Source: an uncultured virus (IMG/VR IMGVR_UViG_3300024358_000470) (Duplodnaviria; Heunggongvirae; Uroviricota; Caudoviricetes). Taken from it: a stretch of DNA of 64,000 nt. The notes under the pieces were generated by a model. That model worked only from the letters and a program-made list of their open reading frames with translations, did not search any database and was not told the origin of the DNA. Location: IMG/VR virus record IMGVR_UViG_3300024358_000470, one strand, 5' to 3'. The translations under genes and the position numbers were made by a program. Below are positions 58,662 to 64,000 of the stretch, in pieces (within the stretch, counting starts at the first letter, position 1; each line of letters opens with the position of its first letter).

Positions 58662-59330
58662 ATGGCAAGAATCGATTTACATAACTTCTTCAAGTTTTAT
58701 GACGAGAAGAACCCCAACCACGTTAAAGCAGTGCAGTGGTTGGAAGATAACCTCCCAGTCAAATATCTAGAAGATAATATTGATTGGGCGGAGATTTATA
58801 GAGGAAAAAAGACTAGTGCTGCACCAGCAACCACTGCTGCTGCAGCTCCTGTAACAGGTGGTGATGATGTTCCTCAAATGGGCATCAAGTTAATCAAAGA
58901 GTTTGAGGGATGTCATCTGAAGGCATACCCAGACCCCTTGACTGGTGGACTTCCAATCACTATTGGTTGGGGATCTACTCGCAAGAAGGATGGATCACCC
59001 TTCAAAATGGGTGATACCCTAACACAGGCAGAAGCAGATGAACTTCTTATCGAACAATGTAAGAAAGAGTTCCTTCCTGCTCTGCGTAAAATCCCTCATT
59101 GGAATGAAATGTCAGATGGAAAAAGAGGCGCTCTGCTCAGCTTTGCTTATAATCTTGGTGCCGGTTTTTACGGTGGCGATAACTTTAATACTATTACTAA
59201 ACGCTTGAAAAATAAGGAGTGGGATTTAGTTCCTGATGCTCTTTATCTCTATCGCAATCCTGGTTCTAATGTAGAAGCAGGACTTGCACGTAGAAGAAAA
59301 GCAGAGGGTGAATCCTGGAAGAAGGGATAA
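58662..59330 (+). CDS. Lysozyme (GH24) endolysin
   Basis: LIKEFEG...AYPD...TIGWG, ALLSFAYNLG, GLARRRKAE. Confidence 0.92.
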   Translation: MARIDLHNFFKFYDEKNPNHVKAVQWLEDNLPVKYLEDNIDWAEIYRGKKTSAAPATTAAAAPVTGGDDVPQMGIKLIKEFEGCHLKAYPDPLTGGLPITIGWGSTRKKDGSPFKMGDTLTQAEADELLIEQCKKEFLPALRKIPHWNEMSDGKRGALLSFAYNLGAGFYGGDNFNTITKRLKNKEWDLVPDALYLYRNPGSNVEAGLARRRKAEGESWKKG

Positions 59331-59475
59331 ATAGTTACAATCATAACTGATTCTTGATCTTAAATGGTCTGAATCTACATAGTCCGAATCCTCTGTGATT
59401 CGGTGATTACTTTACTTTTAAACATAACTTCGGTTTGTTTTGTTTAGTACACACTGAACTCACAGAGGACTTTCT

Positions 59476-61602
59476 ATGTCTTACGCTACAAGGGCGCTTG
59501 CTGTAGCGTCTGCTCTTTTAATGGGGGCATCAACAGCAGCATTAGCAGAAACAATATCTGGAACAGATTTCGAGACTGGAGATACTTCAGGATGGAATAC
59601 TGGAACTCAAACAGGAACATTAGATGCCACAATCGACGGAGGAGGAACTGGTGTTAGTGTCGTAGATAATCCAGTTATCTTTAATGCCGGTTCTTTCCCA
59701 GCACAAGGAAGTCCAACATTACAAGATGGTTCTCCTAATCCATATTACGCACCCGCAGTAACACCAACCACTTGGGAGTTTGCTCCTTACGGAACCGCAG
59801 GTGCAGCACTACAACCAAATGGACAGCAAACATTCGACCAGGCAACAGAAGCACTTGGTTTAACCGCAGAACAAAATCAAGCAATAAGAGACCTTCTTAT
59901 TCAACAGCAACAAGCATCTGGACTTGGAAATCCAAATCCTACTGATGCTGCTTGGATTACAAAATCAGTCACTTTGGAGACTGGAAAAGTTTATACAATG
60001 TCTTGGAACTACATTGGAACGGACTATGTTCCTTTCAATGATGGTTCTATTACTTCACTTGTTTATCAAGGAACTGGAACTTCTCCATCAGTAACAGTTA
60101 ATAACCAACTTCAAAACTATGCATTACTTGGATTTACTAATCCAGGAACTGGTGATTATTCAACAGGTTCTTTTGGTTCTACTGGATGGCAGTATTCAAC
60201 TTATCAAGTAGGTGCTAATGGTGATTATCTCTTGGGATTTGCAGTATTCAACCTTGGAGATACCGCACTATCACCAGTTCTTTTAGTTGATAGTCAACCT
60301 GGAACTACAACAGCAAATGGTGAAGAATTCACTCCTGTTGCTCCAAATAATCCAGATGCTCCATCTGTTGATGAGGTAGCACCAACTCCAACTCCTACAC
60401 CAGAGCCAACTCCTGAACCTACACCAGAGCCAACTCCCGAACCAACTCCTGAACCTACACCAGAGCCAACTCCCGAACCAACTCCTGAACCTACACCAGA
60501 ACCAGAACCAACACCAGAGCCAACTCCTGAACCCACTCCTGCTCCTGCTCCTGAACCTACACCAGAGCCAACTCCTGAACCACAACCACCAACATTATTA
60601 AACTCTGTGACTGTTCCTGCACCAGGACTTCCAGTTGTTGTTACCACAGAAGTAACTCATAAGGCATCTGAGAAGGATGGAGTTCAAAAGATTAGAAGAG
60701 ACTTTGCAACCACAACTCAAACTCCTTTATTAAGACAGGATACTTATAGTGATGGAACCGTTGTAGCATCATTACTTCTTTCTGTTGATATTGAAAATAA
60801 TCATGATGTTCTTTCTGGACGCACTGACCAGCATGAAGTTTTAGATAAGATTGGTGGTGGATTACAAAATCTGTTTATTTACGAACCAACTGAACCAACC
60901 ACAGACAGAGTAAGAGTATTCAATAACAACTATTATGCCTGGTCTTCTGGTGATTATGGATACAATGGTAAGACTTTAATCATTGGTGGTGGATTAGAGA
61001 TTGATATTAAACCAACCTGGACTATAGGTGGTCAATATAATAATATGAACATTGATTTGGGTGGTGTTGATAGTACTTCTAAACTCCTCAAAAATCATTA
61101 TGGAATATTCAATATGTTCCGTGGAAATACATTCTCACTCTTAACAAATGCTGGATACTCCCAGAACAAATATAATGTATCCAGAAATGTTCAGAGTGTC
61201 TTCAATAATGAAAGTTCAACAGAAGGAAAAGAGTGGTTTGTAAATAACAGACTATTCTGGCATCTCAATAAGAATGTAACTCCATTTGTTGGATACACTG
61301 TTGGTAACTATCAGAGAGATGGATTTACTGAGAAAGGTTCTATTCAATCCAGAAGAACTGTTGATGCTATAAACAAAACTTCACATTCTGGTGAGGTAGG
61401 TCTAAATATTTCACACCGTTTTGGTGGAAAGAAAAAGGATTTATTTGGAGTAACTATTGGTGGTTCTTATGAAACCAGTGGAATGATTGAAGCATCTGCT
61501 TCTGTTGATTATAAGGAAATGGTTATTATTGAAGGAATACATCAAATTAATGATGGAGTTTCTAACACAGCAGTATCTGCAAAACTTAAATTTAAGTTCT
61601 GA
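59476..61602 (+). CDS. Autotransporter-like secreted protein with PEPT linker and C-terminal beta-barrel
   Basis: Signal peptide, (PEPT)n linker, amphipathic beta strands, terminal KLKFKF. Confidence 0.7.
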   Translation: MSYATRALAVASALLMGASTAALAETISGTDFETGDTSGWNTGTQTGTLDATIDGGGTGVSVVDNPVIFNAGSFPAQGSPTLQDGSPNPYYAPAVTPTTWEFAPYGTAGAALQPNGQQTFDQATEALGLTAEQNQAIRDLLIQQQQASGLGNPNPTDAAWITKSVTLETGKVYTMSWNYIGTDYVPFNDGSITSLVYQGTGTSPSVTVNNQLQNYALLGFTNPGTGDYSTGSFGSTGWQYSTYQVGANGDYLLGFAVFNLGDTALSPVLLVDSQPGTTTANGEEFTPVAPNNPDAPSVDEVAPTPTPTPEPTPEPTPEPTPEPTPEPTPEPTPEPTPEPTPEPEPTPEPTPEPTPAPAPEPTPEPTPEPQPPTLLNSVTVPAPGLPVVVTTEVTHKASEKDGVQKIRRDFATTTQTPLLRQDTYSDGTVVASLLLSVDIENNHDVLSGRTDQHEVLDKIGGGLQNLFIYEPTEPTTDRVRVFNNNYYAWSSGDYGYNGKTLIIGGGLEIDIKPTWTIGGQYNNMNIDLGGVDSTSKLLKNHYGIFNMFRGNTFSLLTNAGYSQNKYNVSRNVQSVFNNESSTEGKEWFVNNRLFWHLNKNVTPFVGYTVGNYQRDGFTEKGSIQSRRTVDAINKTSHSGEVGLNISHRFGGKKKDLFGVTIGGSYETSGMIEASASVDYKEMVIIEGIHQINDGVSNTAVSAKLKFKF
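60380..60590 (+). repeat. Coding tandem repeat encoding (PEPT)n
   Basis: ACACCAGAGCCAACTCCTGAACCT-like units. Confidence 0.9.
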
Positions 61603-61638
61603 AATCCTAAATAACAAAGACACTTCATCAAAAGACTG

Positions 61639-61983
61639 ATGGATAATCCAAATAAAAGAGAAAAGTGTATGAGTACTGTTATTCGTATAGCGATTTTGGG
61701 TTGGTCCGCTGCTCTTCTTACTGCCAGTTATGCTGGGGCTCTATCTAAGATGGATCCTACTTTTATTGCTACTGTATTCACAGCATCTGCTGCAACTTTC
61801 GGTATTAATACAATGAAGAAGGGTGGCGATGAAGATGAGAAGAAAGAAGAACCACGCAGAGAAGTTGTAGTAGAACCTACTCCAGAACCACCAGCACCAG
61901 AAGTTGCTGCTGAACCAACTCTTGAAGAAAGAGTTGAAGCACTTGAAGAAGGTCAAGTACAACCTCGCACAGGTGGCGCATAA
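61639..61983 (+). CDS. Two-TM membrane protein
   Basis: Two hydrophobic segments; MDPTFIATVF. Confidence 0.7.
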   Translation: MDNPNKREKCMSTVIRIAILGWSAALLTASYAGALSKMDPTFIATVFTASAATFGINTMKKGGDEDEKKEEPRREVVVEPTPEPPAPEVAAEPTLEERVEALEEGQVQPRTGGA

Positions 61984-62099
61984 TGGCAAAGTCAGCAAAC
62001 AAAGGTAAGAAAGGTTCGGCAGGTTCTGCTAATAACAAAAAGCAGAATTCTGGCAATGCGAACGCCAAAAAGGCAAAGAATGGTGGAAAGAAAAAATGA
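61983..62099 (+). CDS. Small basic peptide
   Basis: 38-aa MAKSANKGKKGSAG...GGKKK read manually. Confidence 0.5.
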   Translation: MAKSANKGKKGSAGSANNKKQNSGNANAKKAKNGGKKK

Positions 62100-62202
62100 T
62101 TGAATTTGTTACTTTGGTGGTTGTTGGTCATGTGTTAGTTGGACCTAACTTATGTCAAACTGATTTTTTAAGTGATAATCAAATTTACACATTTATATAC
62201 CA

Positions 62203-62403
62203 ATGCCAAGAGAATGGAACACTCCAAAACGAGAGTGTTGGAATGCTCCCATCCACCAAATACTCAAAGCTATAGATAATCACACCCGTCTTCATATGGA
62301 GACGGGTGATTTTTGGCATGAAGAACAGGCCCAGATCTTGAGAAAATATGTCAAAGATTTGAAAATCTGGATTCATAAACAAGAAGGATGGTGGGATGAA
62401 TGA
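62203..62403 (+). CDS. Hypothetical protein
   Basis: 66-aa ORF. Confidence 0.65.
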   Translation: MPREWNTPKRECWNAPIHQILKAIDNHTRLHMETGDFWHEEQAQILRKYVKDLKIWIHKQEGWWDE

Positions 62404-63146
62404 AAAAAATTCTCACAGCAATTAGTTTATCATTAGCATTGATTTCTCCAGTAGCAGCAGAATCAATAATTAAAACACAACCAACTGTAAAACCTTATAG
62501 TTTATCAGCAATGGGTTGTATGATACTTTTGGAATGTACTGAAGGAGTAGAAAGACTTACAGTAGATTCTGAATTACTAAAAGATCCAGACTTTGATCCA
62601 TTTAGAGAAGAACTAAAAGCAATCATTGCAGGACTTGATAAACTTGGAGTTCCTGTTTATGTTGCACCAGAAAGATATTTCACACCAAGGACAGTAGGAT
62701 TATATAAACCAGAATATAATCGTTTCTTTGTAAATGAAACTCTTCTTAAAGATCCTAGAGAGTTTCTAGGAACAATGAGACACGAAGGATGGCATACAGT
62801 TCAAGACTGTATGGGTGGTGGATTAAAAACATCTTTTATGGCACAGGTTCATCAAGATAGTGAGATCCCTGCCTGGGTTATGAAATCTACAAGATTGACT
62901 TATGAAACGATGGGTCAAGGTCGTGCAGTTCCTTGGGAAGCAGATGCTAACTGGGCAGAAGAACAATCAAATGTCACTGCAGAAAAGTTAGAAATGTGTG
63001 CTAAGGGTCCACTGTGGGAACAGATGAGACCAACTCCAATGACAATGGATTGGCTGATTGGTTGTGGATGGATGAAACCACAAGAGGGTAAGTATCCATA
63101 TTATCCAAACAAGAAAGCAGAATATTGTGTAGAAGGTAAGTTTTAA
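62400..63146 (+). CDS. Secreted HExxH metallopeptidase-like protein
   Basis: Signal peptide; MRHEGWH..Q and downstream E. Confidence 0.65.
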   Translation: MKKILTAISLSLALISPVAAESIIKTQPTVKPYSLSAMGCMILLECTEGVERLTVDSELLKDPDFDPFREELKAIIAGLDKLGVPVYVAPERYFTPRTVGLYKPEYNRFFVNETLLKDPREFLGTMRHEGWHTVQDCMGGGLKTSFMAQVHQDSEIPAWVMKSTRLTYETMGQGRAVPWEADANWAEEQSNVTAEKLEMCAKGPLWEQMRPTPMTMDWLIGCGWMKPQEGKYPYYPNKKAEYCVEGKF

Positions 63147-63251
63147 TGAGCGACTTTCCTTGGGGAGTAATTATAATATTGGGGTCTGGTCTTATCTTTA
63201 CTTTATATGTAATCTACTACATATTACGATTAGCACACGAGGAAATGAAAA

Positions 63252-63464
63252 ATGAAGAACCTAGCAATCATTCTGTCAACAACAAGTCTTCTCATTAGTG
63301 GAGCACTTTGCTATGGTGCTTATGTGACTTATAAAAAAGCGGAAGCAATTTTAAACAACCCAGAACAGTTCGTTGGTAAGGTTGTGGAGAATCAAGTGAA
63401 TAAAGCATTTGAGAAACTACCAATTCCCAAACTAAATACTGGGAGTATTAAGTTTCCTTTCTAA
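63252..63464 (+). CDS. Small membrane-anchored protein
   Basis: N-terminal hydrophobic helix; GAGG RBS. Confidence 0.6.
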   Translation: MKNLAIILSTTSLLISGALCYGAYVTYKKAEAILNNPEQFVGKVVENQVNKAFEKLPIPKLNTGSIKFPF

Positions 63465-63904
63465 TGGCAGACAAAGACCCGTATATCTATAGAATCAAAT
63501 CAGTATATAAGGTAGTAGATGGCGACACTATTGATGCTGCTATTGACCTTGGGTTTGATATCTCCCTTACTAAACGAATTCGTCTTGCTGGTGTCGATAC
63601 CCCAGAGAGCAGAACAACTGATGCTAAAGAAAAGGCACTTGGTCTTGAAGTTAAAGAATGGCTCAAGAAAAAGTTAGAAGGTCAAACTGACATTATTGTC
63701 AAAACAGAACTCCCAGATTCTACCGAAAAGTACGGAAGAATTCTTGGACATTTGTTTATTGGGGATGCTGAAGTATCCGCAGTCAATAAAAAGAAATCAG
63801 TCAATCAAATGATGATTGATGAAGGATTTGCTTGGGAATATTCTGGTGGCACTAAAAAGAAAGATTTTGCTCTATTAGAATCAAAAAGACAAGCGAGCAG
63901 ATAA
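63464..63904 (+). CDS. Thermonuclease (SNase-like) protein
   Basis: VVDGDTI, RIRLAGVDTPE, KYGRILG, NQMMIDEG.A. Confidence 0.88.
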   Translation: MADKDPYIYRIKSVYKVVDGDTIDAAIDLGFDISLTKRIRLAGVDTPESRTTDAKEKALGLEVKEWLKKKLEGQTDIIVKTELPDSTEKYGRILGHLFIGDAEVSAVNKKKSVNQMMIDEGFAWEYSGGTKKKDFALLESKRQASR

Positions 63905-64000
63905 TTTCTTAGCAATCTTTTTAGGAGGGGCATAGAGAGACTTAAATCTTTCTTGCCCCTCTTTTGTGAATTTATCTTTTACTGGTTCATCAATAATCAC
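63881..64000 (-). CDS. 3' end of a minus-strand gene continuing beyond the window
   Basis: Open frame VIIDEPVKDKFTKEGQERFKSLYAPPKKIAKKLSARLSF*. Confidence 0.45.
   Translation of the reverse strand: MIIDEPVKDKFTKEGQERFKSLYAPPKKIAKKLSARLSF

Noticed and set aside
60283..60647. Minus-strand GSGV/WCRFRS repeat ORFs, or a CRISPR-like array
   Set aside because: Antisense shadows of the (PEPT)n coding repeat; no unique spacers and no cas genes in the window

Overview
A 64-kb segment of a T4-like cyanophage genome (Kyanoviridae-type myovirus; a freshwater Synechococcus/Cyanobium-type host is inferred, not shown). Almost all genes are on the + strand. It contains: (1) the core replication module (gp44, dam, gp62, regA, hsp20, gp43, uvsX, gp41, mazG, gp61, nrdA, nrdB); (2) late-promoter (TATAAATA) genes for modular, probably virion-internal proteins; (3) two free-standing GIY-YIG endonucleases, a SegE-like endonuclease and an HNH endonuclease; (4) 14 tRNA genes, some atypical, with several unexplained structured RNAs between them; (5) a 17.6-kb nucleotide-sugar/glycosyltransferase/methyltransferase island preceded by wcaG/manA-like RNA structures; (6) auxiliary genes (dps, gnd, nadE, porin, ahcY, pstS, two hli, petF, peroxiredoxin); (7) cell-wall hydrolases and an autotransporter-like protein. 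The most notable signal is a repeated regulatory cassette in front of both GIY-YIG genes: late promoter, then a hairpin whose 5' arm and loop are antisense to the nuclease mRNA leader, a GGATT linker, a terminator, a second late promoter, the target and the ATG. The two copies share architecture but not sequence, suggesting a cognate small-RNA control system for phage homing endonucleases. All calls come from reading the sequence and motifs by eye; no database searches were run.
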